Made by a program: the position numbers and the translations under genes
The notes under the pieces: model-generated
What the model was told of the DNA's origin: nothing
Database searches by the model: none
Seen by the model: only the letters and a program-made list of their open reading frames with translations
Assembly (NCBI GenBank): GCA_000165425.1
Contig: CT868485.1
Location: 372,001-436,000, forward strand
Reading direction: 5' to 3'
DNA from: Paramecium tetraurelia
Lineage: Eukaryota
DNA length: 64,000 bases
Shown here: positions 15,237 to 27,240 of the stretch, in pieces
How positions within the stretch are numbered: position 1 is the first letter of the stretch
Layout: each line of letters starts with the position of its first letter

Positions 15237-16057
15237 ATTTTAAAATTATTAATGCTCTCTAAATTATTTAATATACAAATAATCACCATTTGATCACTTA
15301 TACGCTCCAATATTGATGTCAGATCAAATTAGGGTGACCTGACGAATAAACTGTAGATTAATTGATCAAAATGATTAAATCAATTTTATATCAATTAAAA
15401 TTAGTACTCCCAATAGATTAACCTCACTAAAGAATTATTTCTACCACTAATTTCAAGTTAAATTATTTATAAATCAATACAAAAATTGCATTTTGCAACC
15501 CAACATTCCAAGCAGCATAAATTTATAACTTTAAACTCCCTTATACTTTTATTCAAAGAAAATGAAACCGTCGTAACTTATAAATATATAAAAAATATTT
15601 AAAAATTATTTTGATTGCTTACTCAATTTAATCCAAAAAACCTCGAAATCTTTCCAAATTCACCTTAAGTGAACTATCCTAAACTTAGCGAATTTAATTT
15701 TCCTGTTTTCCAGATTCGTAATTTAAAATATTCTCATCAACTGATACAGACATTTATATTGATACAGTAAGCGTTAATCATGTTGCAACGGTGAATTCTA
15801 ATTTAAATCGAATCAGAAAGGAATTTCTAATTTCAAAATTTTCAATTTTAGAATTGTATGGATTTTCAATTTAAATGAAATATAAACATAACAATACCAA
15901 GTTTAACACAACTTAATCAAACTTAAAATCTGTATAATTTATCATAATATTAAATTATGGGGACCGTTTATATCTAAGATATTAAATCGATTGATATCAA
16001 ATAATTAATAATAAACGACATATTAATATACTTTAAAAACTATAAAACATGAGGGAA

Positions 16058-16779
16058 TCATATTTATTACTTATTTCTTTAAGCAGATATTTACTTTTAA
16101 GTCTCAGCAAAGTTTTTAATTTTTTTGACCTTCTAAACTGCTTTTTCCTTTTTAATTTTCTTTTTTTAAATTTCCTAGTATTCTTGATTATATTTGTTCT
16201 ATTGCTCAACTTGCTTTGTTGAGTATCTAAATCCTGCTTTAGGTTTCTTTATGTCAAAGTCTACTTAAACTTGTCTTCCATGAACTTTTTTTCCATTCAT
16301 CTAAAGTGCCTTGATGACTGATTAATGATCCTCAAAATCTATGTATGCAAAGCCCTTAAAATTATCGGTGACAGTGTTGTAAACCATTCTAACATTTGCC
16401 ACTTTACCACAAGGTCTGAAAGAGTCTCCAATTTGATCGGCATTTAAATCGTAAGACAGATTTTTGACAAATATAGTATGGCATTCAGGAGGAGGAACAC
16501 TTGGCTTTTGAGATTGGGTTCCTTTGGCCTCTTTGACATCAATGTACCTGCCTCCCAATTAGGAACCATTGAGTGCTAATGCTTTTTGAATGGCATCAGA
16601 GTCATTAAAGGTGATATGACCATAACCCAGAAGTCTGTTTGAATCCTAATATCTTGGCAATTTAATGGAACTAGATTAGATGATATGACATACAGGATTT
16701 CCCCACATTCTTCAAAAAGAGTTTATACGTCGTTTTCTGAAGCAGTGTATGGCAAGCCACTAATAAAGACTTATTACAT
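16058..16779 (-). CDS. RNA-binding protein with two RRM domains
   Basis: MQQVFISGLPY...GYGHITF (RRM1) and IFVKNLSY...KGFAYIDF (RRM2); one short intron near 16672-16694; basic C-terminal tail; TGA at 16058. Confidence 0.9.
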
Positions 16780-16798
16780 TAATATTAATATAAAATTT

Positions 16799-17107
16799 AT
16801 GTTATTTAATATAGTTGCCAGTGATTCAGAAAAATTGTATGAAAAAGAGAACCCAACCTATGATGAGATCATTCGTTTTATTAAAGATCAAATGAATATC
16901 GTTAGTCCTTTATTAACATATATAGATGATGATGGGAAATCTTATTATGTAAATTGTACAAATGACACCAATGAGATAAGAAAGAGATTGTCTATTATAA
17001 AGAAAGTGAATTTGTATATAACATTGCAATCTTGGACTTGTGCATTTTGTACATATGAAGAAAACACAGAGGAGAAATGTGAAGTGTGTGGACAAATGAA
17101 AAAATGA
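16799..17107 (+). CDS. Small PB1-like domain plus RanBP2/NZF zinc-finger protein (102 aa)
   Basis: LTYIDDDG resembles the PB1 OPCA motif; WTCAFCTYEENTEEKCEVCG resembles an NZF finger. True start is probably ATG 16799, since the upstream ORF-track extension is antisense to the RRM gene. Confidence 0.75.
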   Translation: MLFNIVASDSEKLYEKENPTYDEIIRFIKDQMNIVSPLLTYIDDDGKSYYVNCTNDTNEIRKRLSIIKKVNLYITLQSWTCAFCTYEENTEEKCEVCGQMKK

Positions 17108-17109
17108 AT

Positions 17110-17330
17110 TATCTCAATTACCTACTTCAATCAAACTCTTAAATTCATTTTGGTTGAGAAAGCCATCTATTTAATTATGAATTATTTTTCAATTCTTTCA
17201 AAATATGATAGCCCTTATTTCAGTTTCATTCTTATATTAATTTTAACTCATTACTATTTGTCTACAATGTACTTTCTAATTGGTATTATAATTTAGCTTA
17301 AATATGAGACATATTCTGAACAACCAATGA
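17110..17330 (-). pseudogene. Possible decayed EF-hand gene remnant
   Basis: Reads NETEIRAIIF*KN*KIIHNQIDGFLNQNEFKSLIE: an EF-loop-like DGFLNQNEF with in-frame TGAs upstream. Confidence 0.25.
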
Positions 17331-17686
17331 ATATAAAAAATAATATTATTCTTTAATCATTTTAGGAATCAATATAAGGTTTTTAATCTATAATATATTA
17401 CAAACATTAAGGTTAATCAATTAGTACAATATCTAGTAAACTAGAAATTCAAATGTATTTTTGAAATAATATCAACTTGCTAAGGCTAGCTAAAATATTG
17501 ATTTTCATAAACAATTTCAAATTTATTTTAATATTACATTACGCAGAATTTAGAAAAAGATTGTTCCTAATTCTACAATGTATTATAATTTAATAAATAA
17601 TGAATCAAGAGTTTGGGAATATGGATAGAAAGTGAACAAACATATTCTGGAGAATGATACTAATTAATTAAATATAATATAAAAAT

Positions 17687-18329
17687 ATGAGTATTATGAA
17701 TTGGGGCAATCCATATGATTGGACAGCTGTAGAATGGTAAAGTGCCACATGGGGAGAAAGATTCATGTATATCGATCCTTACTTTTGGAGGTAGATGCAA
17801 ATGATTAAATATCTAGTTATTTTGGAGTGGCTTTGGCATTAGCCACATCGATTATAGGGGCATCATGGGGTATATTTGTGACAGGTGTATCTTTGTTGGG
17901 TTCGACAGTGAAGGCACCACGAATTAGATCAAAGAATCTAATTTCAGTCATTTTTTGTGAGGCTGTGGCTATCTATGGTGTGATTATGGCAATTATCATG
18001 ATTGGTAAAGTGCAAACCATTGAGTCATACCCTCAGGATTAGATGGCATAATGCTATACGACAGCTTTGTTCGGTGGTTATTCCCTGTTTTGGACTGGTG
18101 TATCTGTTGGATTGTCGAATCTGATCTGTGGGTAATCGAATATGTTATTCCTTTTAGTATTGCAGTGGGTGTGACAGGATCTGGGTGTGCCATTGCTGAT
18201 GCTTAGACTCCAGAAACCTTTGTGAAAATTTTGGTGGTTGAAATCTTCGGTTCAGCACTTGGTTTGTTTGGTGTGATTGTAGGTATTATCCAATGTTCAG
18301 GAGCCTCCTTCCTAAAGGATTGTCTTTGA
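17687..18329 (+). CDS. VMA16: V-type ATPase 21 kDa proteolipid subunit c''
   Basis: [41 protein letters not shown] and [22 protein letters not shown]; introns at 17791-17816 and near 18132-18157. Confidence 0.95.
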
Positions 18330-18548
18330 ACTTACACATTAAAACATATATATGATATTTATAATTGCTTAAATTTCTGACTTCAGCGACATTAACCTGA
18401 GCATCATTTAGACCAATTAATATTCATTATCGATTATACTAATTAAATTGTGTTGTAAAATTAATTGACATACGTGATATAATGATCTATTATCATTCTC
18501 TTAAAAAACTTTCACAAACCAATTCTACAATTGTAATATACAAAATTT

Positions 18549-19671
18549 ATGATTGCCAGCATCGATATCAAAACTGTTAACATCGAATAACAGGGTTTCT
18601 GTCTAAGTTGCAAAAAACTGACTGCAAATGGAACTGTTCTTTAAATTTAGAATTTTGACGATACACTCTACTCTCAACTCCAAGATTACAGTTGGCGTAA
18701 GTCAGGCCAATAATTTTATCATTCCAATCCCAAAAGTTGTTGCCAACAAGTCGTCTGTAAAATATCTGCTCTCCAATACAATTCACCAAAAAGATGTATA
18801 AAAGCTTTGAGGTATATATATTTTAAATACTCTTAGAAAGATAACTTAAGAGCATTTCGACTTTGAACCAATTAAACAATCTATATATAATAATTTATTA
18901 CAATACGTCGATTTGTCTCGTCCTTGTCGAGAAACCTTGTAAACAAGATAGGCATTCTAAGACTTTTTACTAGTATTATCATAACGCTTAGATTTTACTT
19001 CATTAAATAAATTCGGATTTAAAGAACATCCACATGATGAACTCAAGAAACATGTAGGTTCATTGAATACTGAGTTACATATGGATGTGAAAGTGGATAA
19101 ATAAAATTAGTTACATTTTAAGTGGCCCAGTGACTTTGTAGCTTTGTTAAAAAAGTAAAAAAAAAGTAGTTTAATTGTGATTGCTAAACCAGCAACCTAC
19201 GATTAAGAAGCTCATCAATTGTTCAATGATACTTATTTTCAAGTTTCAAAACAAAGTTATGAAAAGATGTTTTGTGATTCCCAATCTCAAATGATCAAAT
19301 ACTATGCTTATTCTTAATTGGCAGGTGTCAGTTTTGTTGAATTAAGATCAAACTCCTTCCATAGATTGAGTTTTCATTACACCTAACAGATCAAAGAAAT
19401 AAATAGAATTGCCATGGATTACGAAATAAAGTGGGCATAATAATTAAATCTATAGAACTATTATTATGTCAAAAAAAGTAGTAGGAGTGTAGACAACCAA
19501 GTTATCAATTAAACCATTGATAACAATTTTCCAATAGTCAGGGGATAAAAAATGATACAGATCAAGTAGCTGAGGTCTGTGTATTAGAAGTATCTTATTG
19601 AACTGCTTACTAAAATGAACTCGGTTATGGGTCCATAATTATTTAAACTTTTTATATATAAATATGATTGA
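18549..19671 (+). CDS. Divergent arginyl-tRNA--protein transferase (ATE1)-like protein
   Basis: N-terminal CLSC...YSQLQDYSWRKSGQQFYHSNPKSCC matches the ATE_N pattern. C-terminal YYAYSQLAGVSFVEL...EIKWAQQLNLQNYYY resembles the ATE_C GNAT fold. Short intron near 18812-18836. Confidence 0.65.
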
Positions 19672-19690
19672 TTATATATAGATAAACATA

Positions 19691-22600
19691 TCAGGATAAT
19701 TTAGACTTGAACTTTTCCATTTTTGGGATTTTTAATTTTGATTTTAACTCACTTTTCTCTTGAGCTGTGAACCTTTTGCTTGGACTCGCTATAACTTACT
19801 TAATCAGATTGAATACTTCCTTACTGTGATTAGGAAACTTCACTTGAGACCGATTGGTCATCTCTGTAAAATTGGTAGTTCGAGTAATCTTAGAGATTTG
19901 AAGATTGCTTTTGGGTTCTGTTCTCATACGCATACTGATCAAAGTTTTAGCAAAATCGTCATGCTCATTTTATTTATCATCAGATCTTAAGTAGTCCAAG
20001 ATCTCCTTCTTTTGACTTTGTAGTTATTGTGTTTAAAAGTATCTGTTCCTTTTCTTTGCTGAATCCTCAATTTGCTTTTCCTATTGTTGTATATCCAATT
20101 ATTATTTCTAATACTTGATTTTTTCATTATAAAATCTAAGAGAATGAGTGCTTTTGTTGATTAAATCAGGGAGAGAGCTTGTAATGTTGTTTTGATTAGT
20201 GGTTAGAGTGTGACTCTAGGCTTTAGATGGATAGTATTTATTCTTCATGTAAATCAAGGAGCATTCTCTTAAAATGTTGTCAATATTATAGGACATCTAT
20301 TTTTCTTTGGTGAGTTTGTGTTGAATAGACTTTAGTAATTCGAGAGCAAAAAGGATATGGGCTTTTAATTTGTAAGTTTACGCATTGAGATTCCAAAAAT
20401 GAGAAGTGGGATTGTTAATTTCAAATAAACATAGCACTTCAAATTATTTATTTATTATTTTGATAATGTCATTACTGCTAGCTGAAATTATAAGTTATGT
20501 TTTGGTAGAAAACAGTACTTCAAAAGGATCAATTTGCATGTATGACAATTAGATTACACTCTCTGAATGAATTGAAACACTTAAAGTAGGTGATTAATTT
20601 GGATTTTCAAAATGCTGATCATAGAATTAGCCTGCCATACTTTTGACTGCACTCAATCTAGTCATTCCTGTTCTGAACTTTTATTTAATTTTCTGATTGG
20701 GAGATCGTTGGAGTTATATTAAGTGTTGGCTCATATTAATATCTTTAACTAAATAAGAATTGAGGATTCTATAGTTATCAATAAAGTGTTCTTAGATACT
20801 ATTATGATAAATAACTCGATATGGATTATAGTTTGGTTTGGTGTTGATAGGATCTTGATGTTGCAGTTTCAATTCCGAAATGTCGTATTTCAACATATAC
20901 CCATTATTCAACCCGACAATCAAGTCTATGTCATCTATCAACATTTAGGTGGCATAGTTTTTTTCATTGATACTGGTCAACATCAAGAGACCACTTTCTA
21001 CATTTAAAATAGACTCAATCGCACATACATAATGATCATTTTTGGATGTTATGGATATAAAGTACAATTACGCTTAATTGGTACCGACAATGAAGTATTA
21101 CTTATTATTGGATATCACAATACTAGTGGCAATAGCTTATTCTTCCAATTGAATTTGTATGACCACTGAGTAATATTCCAGATTCCAGATCGTAATAAAG
21201 TCATCGTTACTAGTAATCAATAATCCATGAGATAGATTGAAAGTGCATATATTCACTTAAGAATGATGCATCAATTGCCTGAGAGCTCGCTTATCCTTAG
21301 CATTCACATTGTCTTTACGTACATTCAGATGTTGCAAAGGCAGACATTTCAGAGAGGAATCGATATTAAATATATGCAGTAAATTGGATGTTTCATCATA
21401 TGCGATTTTAATGATCTCTTCATTGAATAGTTAATCCCATTATTGGACAATCTCTCCGTTTTTAATTAGCACCTTCATCACATGTCCTTCCGATGTGCCT
21501 AATATCATATAATTGTTATGTTCTATGAGACAAACTGCCGTTATCTCATCCTTGAAGTCTTATAAGATATATTCAATTTTCCCGTTTATGCAATTTTGTA
21601 TTCTCACATCTGTCCTAGTTACGATGATATTCCTTTGATTCCATTGATCATAAATCAGTTCAATTAATTTAGTGTTTTTTGGAGTATCATCATGTTGTTC
21701 AAACCTCAAAGCTTGCAACCTTGTGGTAATGAGACACAAACACTTATTGTAATAGAATAATTGTTTGGACATCAATTTAGTTTACAATTTAATGTGTTAA
21801 TGAATCTATTAGGATCTGATATCCCATAGTATTATAGTGTTTTTGCAATCAATACTTACCAACAGCGATGTGTTTTCAAGTAGTTCAATACAACTAATAG
21901 TTTATAAATGTCCTTTTAATTAGCACTTCAAATTTTGGTCATTGTATTTGGTGTGCAATTGATAGCAACAGATTTAACTATCGAGACCAATAGTAAATAT
22001 CAATTGAAATGTTCTCGAATACTTGAGATTAGTTATGATGTTATGGAGAGCGGAGAATCTAAATAGGAATTTCTGTTCGAACATATCGAAACAATTGATT
22101 ATATTGGGATTGGAGATCACCAACAACATTTGAAGATGATCTATTTCGCAGATCTCTGTTATTGAATTTATCTATTGGGTGATACATGTATAGTTGGCTG
22201 TTTCTAAATTCCATATCATTATTTGGTTTTGTTTATTTACACTTATCCATTGATCTTAGAGATGAAGATATCTCAATTTGGAGATCTCCACATTGTTCTC
22301 TACTTTGTAATCAAATTAGTAGCCATCACTCTAATCCCAAAACACAATTGTTAGATCACGCATCACACATCCCAATCTTTCATTGCCATAACTAATAAAC
22401 TGTATATAATTGCCTTCATCATTCTTTTTTAGATTAATAAACTTTTGAAACTCAAAACCCACAAATAAACTTATCCTCTCTTGAAATTGCATCAATAGAA
22501 ACAGTTCATTCTAATGAGCGATCGCCTATATTATTTATGTCTTACTGTTGGTGTCTATTGTTTTTAGATCATTCACGATCCTCCTAAGCATATCCTGATT

Positions 22601-23002
22601 CAACCCCAGTATTTCTGGAGGTGATATTTCTGAAGCTATTAGTTAACGCTTTTTTGTTCTGATCTGATGCTTAGGAAGAAACTTCTTATTGAAATGAATA
22701 TCCAATTATTCGGCACTTTAAATCAAATAGTCTGTGATATGCTTTAATTATACAGAGCATTGGATTTGCGATCGCACATCCTGATAAAATTATAATAATC
22801 TTGTAATTGTAATTAATCCATCCAAACCACTCTCCTCCATTCGTTACACATAAAATGTTACAAAACTTTGCAAATCAATTACTTAGTTTTAATTATCATC
22901 CACCATCTGAGCCAAATCGAACAAATAATGCTAAACAACACTGCCGATATCAAACTCGTCCATCCTCTCAGCTACAACATTTAATAATTAGTCTATATTC
23001 AT
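19691..23002 (-). CDS. Large WD40-repeat protein with possible N-terminal EF-hand-like region
   Basis: ATG 23002 gives MNIDQLLNVV; WD-like units (LKGHIKTISCI...VSIDCKNTIILWDI; ITSNDDFITIWNL); ends SSLNYP-TGA at 19691. Confidence 0.75.
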
Positions 23003-23019
23003 TTTATATATATATTAAA

Positions 23020-23453
23020 TAATAACATCTCTAGATTACCAATACACTTCACTGATATCTCATCGAACAAACATCCCAAACCATTTGATAACTTATTTAC
23101 TTCAGACATTTCCTAGCAACTGCAAATTCTAAGCCAAAATAATCCTAACTCTACATATGAATTAATTAGGAATTAGGAGAATCTTCTTCGTAGTATTTAA
23201 AGAGACTTCAACATTTATAATCCCAGATCTTTTCCCATTTATTTACTTTATTATTAAACTACATTTTGTGAATATTAGTTATAAATAATTTCATTTTACT
23301 CTCATATCTCAATTTAGATTCTAAACCACTTAATTAATTGAAGAAAATGCAATAGGTGGAATTGAAAAACTAGTTATTGTACCCATATTCTGTTATTTTT
23401 CTGAATGTTTTGGAAATTGAGGTAAAAGAATTTGATAATTTATGAGTTAATGA
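23020..23453 (+). pseudogene. Coding-like remnant or start-less small gene
   Basis: About 100 open code-6 codons with no upstream ATG, followed by a second coding-like frame ending KEFDNL-TGA. Confidence 0.25.
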
Positions 23454-23478
23454 GTTCTTATTTAGTTTAATTTTAAAT

Positions 23479-24174
23479 ATGAGTGAAACTAAGTTGTGTG
23501 AAGGCTGGTAAGCAATTGACTTATAATTGAGTTTGGAAGAAGTTTTGACCAGTAATTATTTGCTTCATTCTCTCTATTGCGAACGAAACATCACAAAATG
23601 CAATATCTGCGATCAAAGAATGGATATCAATGAATAGGATGTCCATATGGACTCGCATCAGAAAGTATAGATAAGTGTATATTCTTAGACTGAATGCCTA
23701 TATTGCTCTTAAATGTTTGAAAAAAGACTCTTAGAAATGCATTAGAATAATTGTCCCAATAAACCAGAGAAGTGCGGATTCTGTGATCTGATGATCAATT
23801 TGGCAGAAATGCCCAGACACCAAGCAAATTGTGGTTCAAGAACCGAATAATGTTAAATTTGCAAAAAGCATATACAAAAAAGAGGTAAATTATTAGTCCA
23901 TGCTTTAGAGTTCAATTTACACATTAGTGTTTGTGGAATCGATTAACAACCTCCCTCTAAACTAAATAGATTAAAGCGTATTACCAGTGAACCTACCTCT
24001 GAATAATCTTCAGATGATGCATCCGTCAAAGAAATAAAGCAAGTCCCCAGAAGAAAACCATAGAAATAGACTAAACCAAAATCAAAACAAAAAGAAGAAA
24101 TATCCAAACAATTTAATGATGACGAGGATGAAGATTTCTAAAAGGCCTTGTAATTGAGTCTGAATTAAAAATGA
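23479..24174 (+). CDS. XAF1/TRAFD1-like TRAF-type zinc-finger protein with C-terminal UIM
   Basis: LHSLYCERNITKCNIC; repeated CxxC..H..C fingers (HQANCGSRTEQCQIC); ends DEDEDFQKALQLSLNQK (UIM-like); three short introns. Confidence 0.8.
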
Positions 24175-24838
24175 ATTAATAACACTCATATTGTTTGTAC
24201 TCCTAGAGCTATTTGACAATCCCAGTCTTTGTTTCATCTCATCCATCCAAAGATGAAATCATATCAAGGCCAGAGATGTCACTAATTGATATTCCTTTCT
24301 TTTCTTCACTCGAGGAATAATCCAATTAACTGTGAAATAATTTAACATTATAAATCAATATGGCAATCAGCTCTAATTGGAATCCAAAACCATGAGCTTC
24401 CATTCATTGTAAAGATCTCACTTATAAAATTATAAACATCCAAATTATATTAGAAATGTGCTAAAATTAGACAAATTATTCATAAATTAATTAGCTTAGG
24501 CAACGATATCCTATGTTCCTATTCCTCTACTTAACTCCCTTCATTATTCTTAGTAGAACCTCTTTTATTATAAACTAGAAATTGAGAACAATACTTTAAT
24601 TTGTTTATTCTGAATTCCTACACCTATTAGGATAGAAATTCTGTCTTAGAGATTAATAAAAATCTAACTGCTCCGAAAAGATTATCAGAACCTAACATTT
24701 CCTAAAATCCAAAATTAAAACTACTTTATACTATGATGTATAAATGGATTCTAAAAATTAGAAAAATTCTTAAAAAATTCTACATAAGCATACCCATTAA
24801 TTTATGAAATAATGACCAAATATTTTATAAATATATTT

Positions 24839-25566
24839 ATGAATTTTAGAAATCGAGTTTTTAGAATTAAGATTTCATCAATTATTACTCCATAATTGTA
24901 ACTATTTTGAAATATACTCAAGAGTTGAGAAAGTTGCTGACTCCTTGGACAAATGGACAATTTATAAACCAGAATTTATTGCTTTGATCATCAATTCTCT
25001 AGGAGGATCTCTTATCTAAACCTAGAATCTCGCTAATATAATAAAAAAGTATAGTCAAACTAATAAGTAATCTCTCTTTTAGATTAGTGTTCCGATTTAC
25101 TGTTTTGGAGAGGATATTGTAATTAAGAGTGCTTTAGGATTATTAACCATTGGTGATAAGGCTTACGTGAGTTGATAAAATTAAAATTATAGATCCCTAT
25201 GCTATTGTTGGAAATATGGGATATGTGCAGCCTTTTTTCGATTTAAGAAATTTCGCCTCAAATTGGTTTATCAAATAGAAACACGTTGCTACAAATGATA
25301 ACATGAAACTTCTAAATCCTTTATGTGAGTTTGCTGAAAAGGATAAAGAATGGGTAGAATAATAAATGAAGAATTAAGAGGAGGAATTAATTCATATGAT
25401 TGAAACTAATAGGAAATTAGATACTTCTAAGTATGAGGATAGATAAAAGGACATCTATCGAAATGGAATAATTGCCCCAAATTTATTATTAAAACATGGC
25501 ATAATTGATGGTTATACAAGTCTTGATAATGTGCTCTAAGGAAAGAAAGTCCTTAATTTAGTTTGA
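24839..25566 (+). CDS. Peptidase S49 (SppA/SohB)-like protein, probably inactive
   Basis: ALIINSLGGS, VPIYCFGEDIVIKSALGLLTIGDKAY, PYAIVGNMG and HGIIDGY match the S49 fold; three short introns. Confidence 0.7.
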
Positions 25567-26144
25567 TAAATTAATATGAGTTAAATCTAAAATATTGTTG
25601 TTTTATATAGATATAAGTGAAATCATTATAGGTGTCCAAAAGATTTGTATAATAATATCTAGAATTTTTAAAAAAACTTTGTTTGATACATCTTTTTAAG
25701 TATTTGAATAATTAATTATTAATCTGAATGAAATTTAATATTTCCCTCATATTCTTACATTATTCTGATTCTCTGCTAAATGGAAATAGGATTTGGTTTA
25801 TTTTAGTAGCAATATAAGTTTATTTAATTAGAAATAAATTATTAAAAATGCTTAATATTTCTATAATTAGTTTATTAAATGACTCTTCATAAATAGAAGA
25901 TAGTTCGTAGGAAGTATTTGTTGAAAATATGAGTATTTTTTAATTTCATCCTGTTGGGTATTATTTAAAGTTTTAAAGAAATTCTTAATAATAATATTCA
26001 ATAATTATAATTGGAATAAAAAAACATTAAAATAATCATTATAATCCTGAGAGTAATATGTAGGTATATAAATTAAATTTGAGAATTTTACAAAAACACA
26101 CTCAAGATAATAAGTTAAATGATATAAGATGAAAGAATAATATA

Positions 26145-26543
26145 TCATTATATTAATTATTCTTTAAATTAGACTCTTCGTTGTGGCTTTTCTTTTCCAT
26201 TGTTTGGACTGCAAGGAGAATCAGATTAGCATTCGTGTGATCGTGTGCTTAATATTCCTTTCATAACGTCAGTTTAAAAGTGAATTGCTTCATCGATCAC
26301 TACTTTTGGTTCAAGATAAACTATAACATGTTATTATTTTGGAGATAATGGTGGAGGAGATAGTAAACCATCTCCATCTTAATATTGATACAATTAGCAA
26401 TGCTATTAGATCAGATCTCCAAATTGCCCAATTTAAATTGAGTCCCCTAAAGATTTGATTCTGCTATCCTAACGAATAGGATTTAGAATTTCTTTTGAAG
26501 ATTGAGTTGTAGTTGAAGTTTGAGAACAGCATTAATTGCCCAT
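26145..26543 (-). CDS. Small acylated protein (MGNQCC) with PP1-docking-like motifs, 132 aa
   Basis: Intronless 399-nt code-6 ORF: MGNQCCS...KGILS...RRVQFKE. Confidence 0.75.
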
Positions 26544-26771
26544 TAAAATAAAAATTATTCATTTTTGCAAACAATTTTTTTCTTTACTTATATGTAAAAA
26601 TAGTAATGATATTAAATCAATAAAGATGGATGTCTTATCAAAATAGAAATAAACACCATGAAATGTGATTCTGGAATTCTATCAATTGGTCTGAACATGA
26701 ATGATGAGGATTGATAGTTTAGGAAACTAAGATTATTATTATTATGTGTATAAATTAATTATATAACTAAA

Positions 26772-27199
26772 TCACTTCTTCGACTTAAGTACTTTCTCAT
26801 AAGTCGTTTGTGTTTCCTTTTTGAGAAAAGGCATAGATTTTTTTCGAGATGCTTTAACTGTTGGACTTGAAAATTAAGAAATAGGTCTAATTACACTTTT
26901 GAATTAATAGATGTCTATACATACCTTATATCTGCATTAAATATCTATTGTCCTAGATCGAGGGCTTAACTCTTTGAGGCTTTGACTCTGTTAGCATTTC
27001 TGTTGGATGAAAGACAGTTTTCCTTGTTTTCGTTGTCGATACTGAAATCAAAGTTGATTGGAGTTGGTTGTATGGAAATGTTGAAATTATGATATCCGAG
27101 TTTTTTTTGGGTAGTTTTCTTGCGACATTCTTCACAAACTAGTTTGAGCTTTTCATCAATTAGTTTATTGACGAGTTTCTTGAGAGCCAATTGATCCAT
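26772..27199 (-). CDS. Hypothetical basic protein
   Basis: ATG 27199 gives MDQLALKKLV; one intron near 26895-26923; ends EKVLKSKK-TGA. Confidence 0.6.
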
Positions 27200-27240
27200 T
27201 AACGTAATTATTAATTAAAAAAATTAATTATAACAATCGC

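Noticed and set aside
24180..24800. Coding-like intergenic sequence on both strands
   Set aside because: Interrupted by TGAs with no recognisable family; probably decayed genes but not assignable.
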